64,000 nucleotides of DNA from Rhodocyclaceae bacterium (GTDB lineage: Bacteria; Pseudomonadota; Gammaproteobacteria; Burkholderiales; Rhodocyclaceae): assembly GCA_018883265.1 (NCBI GenBank), contig VEQK01000005.1, positions 6,190-70,189 on the forward strand, in the 5' to 3' direction. This document shows, one piece after another, positions 1 to 10,839 of the stretch. The notes below the pieces were generated by a model, which saw only the letters and a list, made by a program, of their open reading frames with translations, was not told the DNA's origin and did no database searches. The translations under genes were made by a program, and so were the position numbers. The first letter of the stretch is position 1. Each line of letters opens with the position of its first letter.

Positions 1-2621
1 CGATGCAACACGCCCAGTAGCAATCGGATATCCTGGAAGTGCAGGCCGGTCGTGGGCTCATCCAGGATGTACAGCGTACGACCCGTATCGCGCTTCGAGA
101 GTTCGAGTGAGAGCTTGACGCGTTGCGCTTCACCGCCCGAGAGGGTGGTGGCCGACTGGCCCAGCTGGATGTAACCCAGGCCCACATCCATTAGGGTCTT
201 GAGCTTGCGGGCAACGGTCGGTACGGCCTGGAAGAATTCCAGCGCGTCTTCGACGGTCATCTGCAGAATCTCGTGGATGTTCTTGCCCTTGTACTGGATC
301 TCCAGCGTTTCGCGGTTATAGCGCTTGCCGTGGCAAACGTCGCAGGGTACATACACATCCGGCAGGAAGTGCATTTCGACCTTGATCACGCCATCGCCCT
401 GACAGGCCTCGCAACGGCCGCCTTTGACGTTGAACGAGAAACGACCCGGTTCGTAACCACGCGTGCGCGATTCGGGCACGCTGGAAAAGAGTTCGCGGAT
501 CGGTGTCAGCAGACCGGTGTAGGTAGCCGGGTTAGAACGCGGTGTGCGACCGATAGGGCTCTGGTCGACATTGATAACTTTATCGATCTGGTCGAGGCCC
601 TCGAGCGTTTCGTAGGGCGCGGGTTCCAGGCTGCTACCGTACAGATGTTTGGCGCAGACCGCATAGAGCGTGTCGTTGATCAGGGTCGATTTACCTGAGC
701 CCGAAACACCCGTAATGCAGGTGAACAAGCCGAGAGGAATCGTCAGATCGGTGTTCTTGAGATTATTTCCTGTGGCGTTTTTCAGAAGCAGCACGCGCTC
801 GGGATCGAGCGCCTTGCGGGTGGTCGGCAGCATGATGGCCTCGCGGCCCGAGAGATAGGCACCGGTCATCGAATCCGGATTGTCGGCAATCTGTTTGGGG
901 GTGCCCTGAGCCACGATGCGCCCACCATGCACGCCGGCGCCCGGGCCCATATCCACCACGTAGTCGGCCATGCGGATGGCGTCTTCATCGTGTTCAACCA
1001 CAATGACCGTGTTGCCGAGATCGCGCAGCCGTTTCAAGGTGGCGAGTAGACGGTCGTTGTCGCGCTGGTGCAGACCAATCGAGGGCTCATCCAGGACGTA
1101 CATCACACCGGTCAGGCCGGAACCGATCTGTGACGCCAGACGGATCCGCTGCGCCTCACCACCGGATAAGGTATCGGCCGAACGTTCGAGCGAGAGGTAA
1201 TCGAGGCCGACGTTGATCAGGAATTCGAGGCGCGCCGAAATTTCCTTGAGGATTTTTTCCGCCACCTGCGCGCGGTGTCCCTGTAGTTTGAGCGTATCGA
1301 AATAGTCGCGACAGTCGCGCAGCGGCAGACGGCTGATCTCGTAGAGGGTGCGCTCGCCCACTTGGACATAACGCGCTTCCTTGCGCAGTCTTGCGCCGTG
1401 GCAATCCGGGCAGATCGTATCGCTGACATACTTGGCGAGTTCTTCGCGGACGGTCGAAGAATCCGTTTCGCGGTAGCGGCGCTCCAGGTTGGGAATGATC
1501 CCTTCAAAACTATGTTCGCGCACCGTGAGCTTGCCCCGTTCGTTGAGATACTGGAAGGGCAGGCTTTCGTCACCTGAGCCGTAAAGGACCACCTGGCGTA
1601 CATCGTCGGGCAGTTCGTTGAACGGCGTTGCCACGTCGAAGCCGTAATACTCGGCAAGCGCCACAATCATCTGGAAATAGAACTGGTTGCGCCGATCCCA
1701 GCCGCGAATAGCACCCGAAGAAAGCGACAACTCCGGATGCGCGACCACGCGCTTGGGATCGAAGAACTGGATCACCCCGAGGCCGTCGCACTTGGGGCAG
1801 GCGCCCATCGGGTTGTTAAACGAGAAGATGCGGGGTTCCAGCTCTTGCAGCGCAAAGTTGCAGTGCGGGCAGGAGAATCGGGCGGAGAAGAGGTGCTCTT
1901 CACCGGTGTCCATGTTCAATGCAATGGCGCGTCCATCGGCATGACGGAGCGCGACTTCGAAACTTTCGGCCAAACGTTGGCGCGTGTCTTCACGCACCTT
2001 GAGGCGGTCGATAACGACATCGATATCGTGCTTCTTGTTCTTATCAAGCTTGGGCAGCGCGTCGATCTCACAAATCTCGCCATCCACGCGCAATCGGACG
2101 AACCCCTGGGCGCGCAGTTCGGCGAAGAGGTCCTGTTGTTCCCCTTTGCGATTCGCCACCACCGGGGCCAGGATCATCAGTTTGGTCTCTTCCGGTAGAG
2201 CCAGTACATGGTCCACCATCTGGGAAACGGTCTGCGCCTGTAGCGGCAGATGGTGCTCCGGACAGTAAGGGGTGCCGGCGCGGGCAAACAGCAGACGCAG
2301 GTAATCGTGAATTTCAGTGACGGTGCCGACAGTCGAGCGCGGGTTATGGCTGGTGGCCTTCTGTTCAATTGAAATAGCCGGAGAGAGCCCTTCGATCAGA
2401 TCGACATCCGGTTTTTCCATGAGCTGCAGAAACTGGCGGGCGTAGGCCGAGAGGCTCTCGACATAACGGCGTTGGCCTTCGGCGTACAGGGTGTCGAAGG
2501 CCAGCGAGCTCTTGCCCGAACCCGAGAGGCCGGTGATGACGATCAGCTTGTGACGGGGCAGGTCCAGGCTAATGTTCTGCAGGTTGTGGGTGCGCGCACC
2601 GCGGATGCGGATGTCTTCCAT
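1..2621 (-). CDS. uvrA: Excinuclease ABC subunit A (3' end beyond window)
   Basis: Reverse strand from CAT at 2619-2621 reads [14 protein letters not shown]; two ABC cassettes ([39 protein letters not shown]) and Cys-rich zinc modules. Absent from the ORF track because there is no stop in the window. Confidence 0.98.
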   Translation of the reverse strand, partial: MEDIRIRGARTHNLQNISLDLPRHKLIVITGLSGSGKSSLAFDTLYAEGQRRYVESLSAYARQFLQLMEKPDVDLIEGLSPAISIEQKATSHNPRSTVGTVTEIHDYLRLLFARAGTPYCPEHHLPLQAQTVSQMVDHVLALPEETKLMILAPVVANRKGEQQDLFAELRAQGFVRLRVDGEICEIDALPKLDKNKKHDIDVVIDRLKVREDTRQRLAESFEVALRHADGRAIALNMDTGEEHLFSARFSCPHCNFALQELEPRIFSFNNPMGACPKCDGLGVIQFFDPKRVVAHPELSLSSGAIRGWDRRNQFYFQMIVALAEYYGFDVATPFNELPDDVRQVVLYGSGDESLPFQYLNERGKLTVREHSFEGIIPNLERRYRETDSSTVREELAKYVSDTICPDCHGARLRKEARYVQVGERTLYEISRLPLRDCRDYFDTLKLQGHRAQVAEKILKEISARLEFLINVGLDYLSLERSADTLSGGEAQRIRLASQIGSGLTGVMYVLDEPSIGLHQRDNDRLLATLKRLRDLGNTVIVVEHDEDAIRMADYVVDMGPGAGVHGGRIVAQGTPKQIADNPDSMTGAYLSGREAIMLPTTRKALDPERVLLLKNATGNNLKNTDLTIPLGLFTCITGVSGSGKSTLINDTLYAVCAKHLYGSSLEPAPYETLEGLDQIDKVINVDQSPIGRTPRSNPATYTGLLTPIRELFSSVPESRTRGYEPGRFSFNVKGGRCEACQGDGVIKVEMHFLPDVYVPCDVCHGKRYNRETLEIQYKGKNIHEILQMTVEDALEFFQAVPTVARKLKTLMDVGLGYIQLGQSATTLSGGEAQRVKLSLELSKRDTGRTLYILDEPTTGLHFQDIRLLLGVLH

Positions 2622-2716
2622 GACGTCTTCCGAAAAAGCAGCGGCCGGGGGCCGGTCGGCCGGAGGCCAACTGGTAATATTACGCGGCCGCGTTTGTGCA
2701 CCGCAACTGTTTATTT

Positions 2717-3934
2717 ATGTCCGAATCTTCCCGTCCGCCCAAAGAACCCATGCTGCCTGCCGAAAGACGCGCAGCGATGGGGTTGGCCGCCATTTTTGCC
2801 TTGCGCATGCTGGGCCTGTTCATCATCCTGCCGATATTTGCCGTGGCGGCGCGCGATCTGGCCGGTGGGCAGGATGCGGCTGCTATCGGTCTGGCGCTGG
2901 GCGCCTACGGCCTGACCCAGGCCTGTCTGCAACTGCCGCTGGGGCTGGCGGCCGACCGCTGGGGGCGTAAACCGGTGATTGCCTTCGGATTGACGCTCTT
3001 TGTGGCCGGCAGCATCGTCTGCGCCCTGGCCGATTCCATCGAAACCATGACCTGGGGCCGCATGGTTCAGGGCAGCGGGGCGATTTCCGCGGCCATTACG
3101 GCGCTGGTGGCGGATCTGACCCGGGACGGTCAGCGCAGCAAGGCCATGGCCATGATCGGCGGTTCGATTGCTCTGATGTTCGCTTTGTCACTGGCCGTCG
3201 CGCCGGTGCTTTATGGCTGGGTTGGTCTTCGCGGGCTCTTCTGGTTTACCGGTGTGCTGGGGTTGGGCGCGTTTTGGGCGCTCTTCCGGCTGGTGCCGCC
3301 GGCGCCAGCGTTAGCGGCGCCAGTGACCGGCACCTTTGCGCTGGTATTGTGCGACCCGCGCCTGCTCCGGCTGAATCTGGGCGTCTTCATGCTGCATGCC
3401 ATCCAGATCGCCATGTGGGTGGCGGTGCCGGCCTTATTGTTGCAAATGGCCAATCTGCCGCTGAACCGCCACTGGATGATTTATCTGCCGGCCGTATTGG
3501 CGGCCTTGGTACTGCTCTGGCCGGCCATGATGCAGGCCGAACGCCACAAGCGCATGGCACAGGTTTATAGCCTGGCGATTTTCCTGTTGTGCCTCACGCA
3601 GCTGGGATTTTTGGGCTTGATGGAGGCAGATGCACTTGATGCCTTTGCGACGACCTGGATCATCTTTGGGCTGATCGCCGTCTTTTTTACGGGCTTCAAT
3701 ATGCTGGAGGCCCTGCAACCCTCGTTGATCTCCCGCATCGCGCCGCCAGCTGGCAAAGCGCAGGCCCTGGGTATCTACAACACCCTGCAATCCCTTGGTT
3801 TGTTCACCGGGGGGGCCGTGGGCGGGCTATTACTACAAGCGGGCGGTTATGTTGCCGTCTTTTCGGGATGCGGGTTGCTAGCGCTGGTCTGGCTGGTCGT
3901 TTCTTTGAAATGGCCGGCCCGAATTCCGTCATAA
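2717..3934 (+). CDS. MFS transporter (YajR-like)
   Basis: ~12 hydrophobic segments, MFS loop motif GLAADRWGRK, usual uvrA-MFS-ssb position; start taken at ATG 2717. Confidence 0.88.
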   Translation: MSESSRPPKEPMLPAERRAAMGLAAIFALRMLGLFIILPIFAVAARDLAGGQDAAAIGLALGAYGLTQACLQLPLGLAADRWGRKPVIAFGLTLFVAGSIVCALADSIETMTWGRMVQGSGAISAAITALVADLTRDGQRSKAMAMIGGSIALMFALSLAVAPVLYGWVGLRGLFWFTGVLGLGAFWALFRLVPPAPALAAPVTGTFALVLCDPRLLRLNLGVFMLHAIQIAMWVAVPALLLQMANLPLNRHWMIYLPAVLAALVLLWPAMMQAERHKRMAQVYSLAIFLLCLTQLGFLGLMEADALDAFATTWIIFGLIAVFFTGFNMLEALQPSLISRIAPPAGKAQALGIYNTLQSLGLFTGGAVGGLLLQAGGYVAVFSGCGLLALVWLVVSLKWPARIPS

Positions 3935-4021
3935 GCGCCGGCATCTGCACCGGCATGCTATTCTTTCACTCGGTAAGCCATCTTTTTGGCCGCTACACTC
4001 GTTAACCTTGGAGATCTAATT

Positions 4022-4477
4022 ATGGCATCGCTCAATAAAGTCCTACTCATCGGTAATCTCGGCGCAGATCCCGAAACCCGTTACACTACCTCAGGCGATG
4101 CCGTATGCAATATTCGTCTGGCGACGACCGACTCCTGGCGCGATAAAGCCAGTGGTGAGCAGCGCGAATCGACGGAATGGCACCGTGTGGTGTTCTATCG
4201 CCGTCTGGCTGAAATTGCCGGCCAGTACCTGAAAAAAGGCTCGCAGGTTTATATCGAAGGCCGTATCAAGACCCGCAAGTGGCAGGACAAGGATGGCCAG
4301 GAGCGTTATACGACCGAAGTCGAAGCAACCGAAATGAAAATGCTCGGCCGTCGTGAAGGGCAGGGCGAGCCAGTCAGCCGTGATGATCCTTTTGCCCCGG
4401 CAGCGGCCGCAGGTGGTAATGCCAATCGTCGCCCGCCAGCCAATGTGGCAGATCTGGACGACGATATCCCGTTCTGA
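4022..4477 (+). CDS. ssb: Single-stranded DNA-binding protein
   Basis: [20 protein letters not shown]-fold start and acidic DDDIPF tail. Confidence 0.98.
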   Translation: MASLNKVLLIGNLGADPETRYTTSGDAVCNIRLATTDSWRDKASGEQRESTEWHRVVFYRRLAEIAGQYLKKGSQVYIEGRIKTRKWQDKDGQERYTTEVEATEMKMLGRREGQGEPVSRDDPFAPAAAAGGNANRRPPANVADLDDDIPF

Positions 4478-4534
4478 TAGACGGTTTGCTTTCGATACTC
4501 GACGTTTGTTCTGGTTTAGCGGTTGGGAGTCTCT

Positions 4535-6433
4535 ATGTCGGCAGCAACGTCGAATATTTCTGCTCATGAGCACAAGACGAGACTGCAGTTGCTCGTTCTT
4601 GGTGCGCTTGGCGTGGTTTACGGGGATATCGGCACAAGCCCGCTGTACGCATTCAAGGAACTTTTCGCCGGCAATCATCCGATACCGCTGACCGAAGCCA
4701 ATGTCTTTGGTGGCCTGTCGATGATTTTCTGGGCGCTGATGATTATTGTCTCGCTCAAATATATTGTTTTTATTCTGCGTGCCGATAACCGGGGTGAGGG
4801 CGGCATGATGGCGCTGATCGCGCTTGCCCTGCATGAAGCCCAGGACAAACCAAAGCGCGCCAAGTGGATCATGCTGGCCGGCATTCTCGGAACGGCGATG
4901 TTTTACGGCGATGGCATGGTCACGCCAGCCATCTCGGTGTTGTCGGCTGTCGAGGGTCTCGAAGTCGTTGCGCCTCAGTTACACAATGTCATTATTCCGG
5001 TCACGCTGTTGATTCTGACGGTGCTGTTCATGTTCCAGAAGCATGGCACGGCCAAGGTGGGGGCGTTCTTTGGCCCCGTGATGGCGGCCTGGTTCGGCGT
5101 GCTCGGTGCTATGGGCCTGTACAACGTGATCGATAATCCACACGTGCTGCTGGCGCTGAATCCTGCCTACGCCATCCATCTGCTGACCGACAATCCGCAT
5201 ATGGCGTTTTTTGCCATGGGCAGCGTGGTGCTGGCAGTGACCGGTGCCGAAGCGCTCTATGCTGACATGGGCCACTTCGGCCGTAAGCCAATCCGTATGG
5301 CCTGGGCCTTTTTTGTCTTGCCGGCGCTGGTGCTGAACTATTTCGGCCAGGCAGCATTGGTACTGGGGCATCCGGAGGCGATGGATAATCCCTTCTACAT
5401 GGGTGTCCCCGAGTTCCTGCGCTTTCCGCTGGTATGTCTTGCGACTTGCGCTGCGGTGATCGCCTCGCAGGCGGTCATTACCGGCGCCTACTCGATGACG
5501 CGTCAGGCCATGCAGCTCGGTTTTGTGCCCCGCATGCTGGTGACGCACACCTCGGAAAAGGAGCAGGGGCAGATTTACATGCCGGGCGTCAACTGGTTGC
5601 AGTTGGCCGCAGTGATTCTGCTCGTGCTGACGTTCAAGTCATCGAATAATCTGGCGGCCGCTTATGGTCTGGCCGTGACCGGTGACATGGTCATTACGTC
5701 GTTGCTGGCCGTGGTTGTTGCCGCCAAGATCTGGAACTGGGGCTGGTATCGCGCCGTCTTGCTGTTCGCCTGCTTCCTGGTCTTCGAGTTGATTTTCCTG
5801 TGGGCCAACATCCAGAAGATTCCGGATGGCGGCTGGTTCCCGCTCGTGGCTGGCCTGGTGATCTTTACCATCATGACCACGTGGAAGCGCGGTCGTGATC
5901 TGTTACGCAAACGCTTGCGCAGTGAAGAGCTTCGCCTGGATGCCTTTGTCGGTAGTCTGGCCGTGGGCGGACCGCAACGCGTCCCGGGGATTGCCGTTTT
6001 TCTAAATGGTGATCTGACCGGCGTACCCCATGCATTGCTGCACAATATGATGCATAACAAGGTACTGCACGAAAAGGTGCTGATCACCTGCGTACAGATT
6101 GAAGACGTGCCCTTTGTGCCTGAAACCGATCGCGTTGAATTGAAGCCGTTGAAGGAAAATTTCTGGACGATTCTGATTCGCTACGGTTTCAAGGAAGAAC
6201 CGGATATTCCGGCGGCGTTGATGCTTTGCGCAGAACATGGCCTGCCAATCAACATGATGGAAACCTCGTTTTTCCTGGGTCGCGAAACGCTGATTCCGAA
6301 ACTCAACTCGGAAATGGCTTTCTGGCGGGAGAAGCTGTTCATCACCATGTACCGCAATGCGGATAGTGCGACGAACTACTTCAATATTCCCACCAACCGC
6401 GTGGTTGAGTTAGGAACGCAAGTCGCGCTTTAA
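4535..6433 (+). CDS. kup: KUP-family potassium uptake protein
   Basis: LGVVYGDIGTSPLY, ADNRGEGG and EALYADMGHFG motifs. Confidence 0.97.
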   Translation: MSAATSNISAHEHKTRLQLLVLGALGVVYGDIGTSPLYAFKELFAGNHPIPLTEANVFGGLSMIFWALMIIVSLKYIVFILRADNRGEGGMMALIALALHEAQDKPKRAKWIMLAGILGTAMFYGDGMVTPAISVLSAVEGLEVVAPQLHNVIIPVTLLILTVLFMFQKHGTAKVGAFFGPVMAAWFGVLGAMGLYNVIDNPHVLLALNPAYAIHLLTDNPHMAFFAMGSVVLAVTGAEALYADMGHFGRKPIRMAWAFFVLPALVLNYFGQAALVLGHPEAMDNPFYMGVPEFLRFPLVCLATCAAVIASQAVITGAYSMTRQAMQLGFVPRMLVTHTSEKEQGQIYMPGVNWLQLAAVILLVLTFKSSNNLAAAYGLAVTGDMVITSLLAVVVAAKIWNWGWYRAVLLFACFLVFELIFLWANIQKIPDGGWFPLVAGLVIFTIMTTWKRGRDLLRKRLRSEELRLDAFVGSLAVGGPQRVPGIAVFLNGDLTGVPHALLHNMMHNKVLHEKVLITCVQIEDVPFVPETDRVELKPLKENFWTILIRYGFKEEPDIPAALMLCAEHGLPINMMETSFFLGRETLIPKLNSEMAFWREKLFITMYRNADSATNYFNIPTNRVVELGTQVAL

Positions 6434-6933
6434 CCGCCGCGAATCTTGTTGACCATCGCGGTGGTCGACGTCTCATGCAGGAATGGAATCGAAACCACCT
6501 TGCCGCCCCAGCCACGCACTTCAGGTGCGCCAACGATGTTGTCGACGGCCCAGTCGCCGCCCTTGACCAGAATATCGGGCTTGCAATCAAGAATCCGTTC
6601 AAGCGGGGTGTCTTCGTCGAACCAGGTCACCAGCGAGACGCACTCAAGCGAAGCTAGCACGGCCATGCGGTCGTAAAGCTTATTGAGCGGGCGGTCATCG
6701 CCTTTACCCAGTCGCTTGACCGAGGCGTCGGTGTTGGCCGCGACGATCAGAGAGGCGCCCAGCGCACGGGCCTGGGCGAGGTAGGTGACGTGACCACGAT
6801 GCAGAATGTCAAAACAGCCGTTGGTAAATACGATCGGGCGGGGCAATTTCGTCACGCGTGTCTTCAGATCCTGTGGTGCAACGATTTTTCGCTCGAATGC
6901 TGGGAGCGGCAGAGGCGTGATCGATTGGCTCAT
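6430..6933 (-). CDS. rfaE2: D-glycero-beta-D-manno-heptose 1-phosphate adenylyltransferase
   Basis: FTNGCFDILHRGH cytidylyltransferase-fold motif, KGGDW, STTAMV. Confidence 0.92.
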   Translation of the reverse strand: MSQSITPLPLPAFERKIVAPQDLKTRVTKLPRPIVFTNGCFDILHRGHVTYLAQARALGASLIVAANTDASVKRLGKGDDRPLNKLYDRMAVLASLECVSLVTWFDEDTPLERILDCKPDILVKGGDWAVDNIVGAPEVRGWGGKVVSIPFLHETSTTAMVNKIRGG

Positions 6934-6942
6934 CGTGGCAGA

Positions 6943-7779
6943 TCAGGCAGCGCCGAGCGACTTGCGGAACCGGTTCAGATCCTGAATCGATTCAAAGGTC
7001 TGTTCGAAGAGGCTCGATAGATTACGCAGAATGCCGCCGACAACCCGGTCTTCGCAGGGTTTGTCGAATTTGATCTGGGTGTCGAGCCACTGTTCCAGCC
7101 ACGCCGGGTCCGGCATACGGCTCTGCACCGTATCCTGCGGATACAGCGCCTTGTTGACGTGCAGGTTGGTCGGGTGCAGGGGTTTCTGTGTGCGGGCAGA
7201 GCTGGCCATCAGCACGCCGATCTTGGCGAAGGCTTGGGCAGCCACTTTGCCGTATGTGTCCAGTGCGCGCTTCATATAACGCAGATAGGCCCCCCCGTGG
7301 CGTGCCTCGTCGCGCGAGAGCAGGTCGTAAATTTTCTTGATGACCGGTTCGGTGTGCCACTCGGCCGCACGGCGATACCATTGGGTCAGACGCACCTCAC
7401 CGCAGAAGTGCAGCATCAGCGTTTCCAACTTAGGCGCCGGGTCAAACTCAAAGCGAACGGCGTGGAGCTCTTCTTCCGTGGGGCACATTTCCGGTCGGAA
7501 GCGGCGCAGATATTCCATCAACACCAGCGCGTGTTTCTGTTCTTCGTAGAACCAGATGCTCATGAATGCGGAGAAGTCCGAATCATCGCTATTGTCACGC
7601 AAGAACATCTCGGTGGCGGGCAATGCCGCCCATTCGGTGATGGCGTTGTACTTGATGGTCAGTGCCTGCTCTTCAGATAGCCTGGTGGCATCGAAGTCGT
7701 TCCAGGGGACATCATCAGCCATGGACCAGCGGGCTTTTTCTAGGCTGTGGAAGAGATCGTGGAAGAGCATGGTGGTCAT
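6943..7779 (-). CDS. Ferritin-like di-iron protein (acyl-ACP desaturase-like fold), function unknown
   Basis: Two ExxH motifs (EEQKH, DEARH) with preceding Glu (WAALPATE, FCGE); start could be 7770. Confidence 0.75.
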   Translation of the reverse strand: MTTMLFHDLFHSLEKARWSMADDVPWNDFDATRLSEEQALTIKYNAITEWAALPATEMFLRDNSDDSDFSAFMSIWFYEEQKHALVLMEYLRRFRPEMCPTEEELHAVRFEFDPAPKLETLMLHFCGEVRLTQWYRRAAEWHTEPVIKKIYDLLSRDEARHGGAYLRYMKRALDTYGKVAAQAFAKIGVLMASSARTQKPLHPTNLHVNKALYPQDTVQSRMPDPAWLEQWLDTQIKFDKPCEDRVVGGILRNLSSLFEQTFESIQDLNRFRKSLGAA

Positions 7780-7900
7780 TGGATCGATAGTGAAAGGCTT
7801 TCCGGCATTCTAGCAATGAAGATTGTCCGTGAATGCTCCGACGATTCGCGAATTAGCAATATTTTGGCAAAACGCGGGCATATTTTCGGGCTAATGGGGG

Positions 7901-7925
7901 TGATAGAATTGAAAACGATGTTTTC
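7901..7925 (+). promoter_or_regulatory. Extended -10 promoter for the mla operon plus adjacent palindrome
   Basis: TG-A-TAGAAT at 7901-7909, then GAAAAC-GAT-GTTTTC at 7911-7925. Confidence 0.45.
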
Positions 7926-7940
7926 TGGAACCGCTGCCTG

Positions 7941-8744
7941 ATGCCGACCCCTTACGTAGAAATTGCCGGACTCGATTTCGCCTATGGCGATCGACCTGTA
8001 CTTTCTGGGGTGGATATGCGTCTGCCCAAGGGGAAACTGACGGCAATTATGGGCGGGTCAGGTTGTGGCAAGACGACGCTCCTGCGTCTCATCGGTGGGC
8101 AGATCACGCCGACCCGCGGCACGATTCGGGTGGCGGGAGCGGATGTGGGGGCCATGGATCAGCCGGGTCTTTATGAGCTGCGTCGCCGGATGGGGATGCT
8201 GTTCCAGTTTGGCGCCCTGTTTACCGATCTGTCGGTCTACGACAACGTGGCCTTTCCGCTCCGCGAGCACACCCGCCTACCGGAGTCGGCCATTCGCGAT
8301 CTGGTGCTGCTCAAGCTGGAGGCGGTCGGCCTGAGAGGGGCGGCATCCTTGATGCCCGCCGAGTTGTCCGGCGGTATGGCGCGTCGTGTCGCGCTGGCCC
8401 GTTCGGTCGCGCTGGATCCCGAACTTATTCTGTTCGATGAGCCCTTTACCGGGCTTGATCCGATTTCTCTGTCCATCATCGCGACACTGATTCGTCGCTT
8501 GACAGATGCGCTGGGTGCGACGGCCATCATGGTGACCCATGATGTTCACGAGTCGCTGGCCGTGGTCGATTATGTCTACTTCATGTCGGACGGCCGTGTG
8601 GTGGGCGAGGGATCGCCGGAAGAGATTCGTGTTTCCACAGATCCTTATGTCTACCAGTTCGTTCATGCCCAGCCCGACGGGCCGGTGCACTTTCATTACC
8701 CCGCAGCGGAACTGGATGCACAGCTCATGGGGTGTGCGGAATGA
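7941..8744 (+). CDS. mlaF: Phospholipid ABC transporter ATP-binding subunit
   Basis: GGSGCGKT Walker A, LSGGMARR signature, LFDEPF Walker B; first gene of the mla operon. Confidence 0.95.
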   Translation: MPTPYVEIAGLDFAYGDRPVLSGVDMRLPKGKLTAIMGGSGCGKTTLLRLIGGQITPTRGTIRVAGADVGAMDQPGLYELRRRMGMLFQFGALFTDLSVYDNVAFPLREHTRLPESAIRDLVLLKLEAVGLRGAASLMPAELSGGMARRVALARSVALDPELILFDEPFTGLDPISLSIIATLIRRLTDALGATAIMVTHDVHESLAVVDYVYFMSDGRVVGEGSPEEIRVSTDPYVYQFVHAQPDGPVHFHYPAAELDAQLMGCAE

Positions 8745-9532
8745 GTTTTCTGGAGCGGTTCTTTTCGACCATCGGCGCCAATACGATCGATCGGGTCTGG
8801 CGTCTGGGTTTCGCTGCCCGTTTTTTCCTGGCCATGCTGGCCCAGTCGGCCGAAACATTCCGCCGGCCACGGCTCTTGTTGCGCGAACTGTTTGCCAGCG
8901 GCGTCCTGTCGCTGATCATTATTCTGGTTTCCGGTCTCTTTGTGGGGCTGGTCTTGGGTCTGCAGGGCTACGATACGCTGCAGCGTTATGGCTCGTCGGA
9001 GGCGTTGGGGATTCTGGTAGCCCTCTCGCTGGTGCGCGAACTCGGACCGGTCGTCGCAGGCTTGCTGTTCGCCTCGCGCGCCGGGTCATCGATGACCGCC
9101 GAGGTCGGATTGATGAAAGCCACCGAACAGCTGACGGCAATGGATATGATGGCGGTCAATCCGCTGGCCCGGATTATGGCGCCCCGGTTCTGGGGTGGCG
9201 TGATCTCGATGCCGTTGCTGGCGGCATTATTCACCGCAGCAGGTATTTTCGGTGGCTGGTTGATTGGCGTCATCTTTATCGGTGTTGACGAGGGCGCTTT
9301 CTGGGCCCAGATGCAGGCCAATGTGAATTTCCGGGACGACGTTCTGAATGGTCTAATCAAGAGCGCCGTTTTTGGGGTGGCCGTCGCCCTGATCGCCGTG
9401 TTTGAGGGCTTTGATTCGGTGCCGACCGCCGAAGGGGTGTCTCGTGCCATTACCCGGACGGTGGTAACCTCGGCGCTGGCCATTCTTGCACTCGATTTTG
9501 TTCTGACTTCATTTATGTTCCGAGGCTTATGA
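8741..9532 (+). CDS. mlaE: Phospholipid ABC transporter permease
   Basis: RELGPVVAGLLFASRAGS and EVGLMKATEQ motifs; ATGA overlap with mlaF. Confidence 0.95.
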   Translation: MSFLERFFSTIGANTIDRVWRLGFAARFFLAMLAQSAETFRRPRLLLRELFASGVLSLIIILVSGLFVGLVLGLQGYDTLQRYGSSEALGILVALSLVRELGPVVAGLLFASRAGSSMTAEVGLMKATEQLTAMDMMAVNPLARIMAPRFWGGVISMPLLAALFTAAGIFGGWLIGVIFIGVDEGAFWAQMQANVNFRDDVLNGLIKSAVFGVAVALIAVFEGFDSVPTAEGVSRAITRTVVTSALAILALDFVLTSFMFRGL

Positions 9533-10008
9533 TGAACCGAAAGGTGATGGATCTTTGGGTGGGCGTATTTGTGGCAATCGGTTTTGCCGCCATCCTTTTT
9601 CTGGCGCTCAAGGTCAGCAATTTCTCGGCCTCGGGCTTTGCAACGACTTATGAACTGACCGCCCGTTTCGACAACATCGGTGGGCTCAAGGTGCGGGGAC
9701 CGGTCAAGAGCGCCGGTGTCGTGGTCGGCCGAGTGGCAGATATCCGATTTGACCCGCAAAGTTACGAAGCCAATGTGATTCTCAAGATCGACAGCCAGTA
9801 TCAGTTTCCCAAGGACACTTTCGCCTCGATCCTGACCTCGGGCTTACTGGGTGAGCAATATATTGGCCTGGATGCCGGGGGGGATGAGCAAATGATCCCC
9901 GCCGGTGGCAGAATCAGCAAAACCCAATCGGCGATCGTGCTGGAAAAACTGATCAGCCAGTTCCTGTTCAACAAGGCCTCGGAAGGGAAGAAGAATGCAG
10001 CCGAGTAA
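9529..10008 (+). CDS. mlaD: MCE-domain lipid-binding protein
   Basis: N-terminal TM, FDNIGGLK...VKSAGVVVGRV, TSGLLGEQYI. Confidence 0.95.
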   Translation: MMNRKVMDLWVGVFVAIGFAAILFLALKVSNFSASGFATTYELTARFDNIGGLKVRGPVKSAGVVVGRVADIRFDPQSYEANVILKIDSQYQFPKDTFASILTSGLLGEQYIGLDAGGDEQMIPAGGRISKTQSAIVLEKLISQFLFNKASEGKKNAAE

Positions 10009-10768
10009 TCTGACGTTTAAACGCCTACTGGTTGGTCTGGTTCTGGTGGTTGGCATGTCGGGCGGCGCAATCGCCGAAGAGTACGATAATCCGCGCGACC
10101 CCTGGGAAGGCTACAACCGGGGTATGTTTGCCATCAACGAAACCCTGGATATGGTGGTTGCCAAGCCGATTGCCAAGGCCTATGAGTTCATCTTTCCCGA
10201 GCCGATTCGGATTCTGGTGACCAATGTATTTTCCAACCTCAGTGATGTCGTGATCGGCATCAACGATCTACTGCAGGGTCGGGGTGAGCAGGCGGTCAAC
10301 GATTTCGGCCGGGTGGTCATCAATACGACGCTGGGTTTTGGCGGTTTGTTCGATGTGGCGGGTAATGCCGGCTGGTATAAAAACGCCAACGATTTTGGCG
10401 TCACCTTCGGCCGCTGGGGCGCGCCGTCGGGGCCTTACTTTGTGTTGCCGATCCTCGGGCCCAGTAATATTCGTGACACCTTTGGTTGGGCGGCCGATAT
10501 TGCCGCCAGTCCGCTGAGCATTGTCGTGACCGATCCGACGGCATTCTGGACGGCCTGGGGTGTCAACTACGTGAATACCCGCGCCAATCTATTCCCGGCT
10601 GAAAAGATCATCGAAGACGCAGCCACGGACAAGTACAGTTACCTGCGCGATGCCTTCATGCAGAACCGTCTGAACCTGATCAATGAAGGCGCACCGCCGC
10701 CGGGGCTGGACATTGATGACCCGGAAGATGTTGATTCGAAGGAAAAAACAGCTGCCAACCCCTCGTAA
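9995..10768 (+). CDS. mlaA: VacJ/MlaA family protein
   Basis: DPWEGYNR, INTTLGFGGLFDVA, GPYFVLPILGPS; no obvious lipobox Cys. Confidence 0.92.
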   Translation: MQPSNLTFKRLLVGLVLVVGMSGGAIAEEYDNPRDPWEGYNRGMFAINETLDMVVAKPIAKAYEFIFPEPIRILVTNVFSNLSDVVIGINDLLQGRGEQAVNDFGRVVINTTLGFGGLFDVAGNAGWYKNANDFGVTFGRWGAPSGPYFVLPILGPSNIRDTFGWAADIAASPLSIVVTDPTAFWTAWGVNYVNTRANLFPAEKIIEDAATDKYSYLRDAFMQNRLNLINEGAPPPGLDIDDPEDVDSKEKTAANPS

Positions 10769-10781
10769 TGATGGGTAGTGG

Positions 10782-10810
10782 CTGACGGGCAAGATACATC
10801 GCAGTAGAAT
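10782..10810 (+). promoter_or_regulatory. Possible internal sigma70 promoter ahead of mlaC
   Basis: CTGACG-17 bp-TAGAAT in the 71-bp mlaA-mlaC gap. Confidence 0.4.
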
Positions 10811-10839
10811 AAAGTTTTGTATGAACCCGTGAGTACCCG

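Noticed and set aside
2622-2720. LexA (SOS) box upstream of uvrA
   Set aside because: Only half-matches to CTGT-N8-ACAG (CTGGTAATATTACGCG, CTGTTTATTTATGTCC); the right arm is missing in both.
9877-9883. Homopolymer G tracts as phase-variation sites (also near 3809 and 25913)
   Set aside because: Only 6-7 nt, in frame, and within conserved housekeeping genes.
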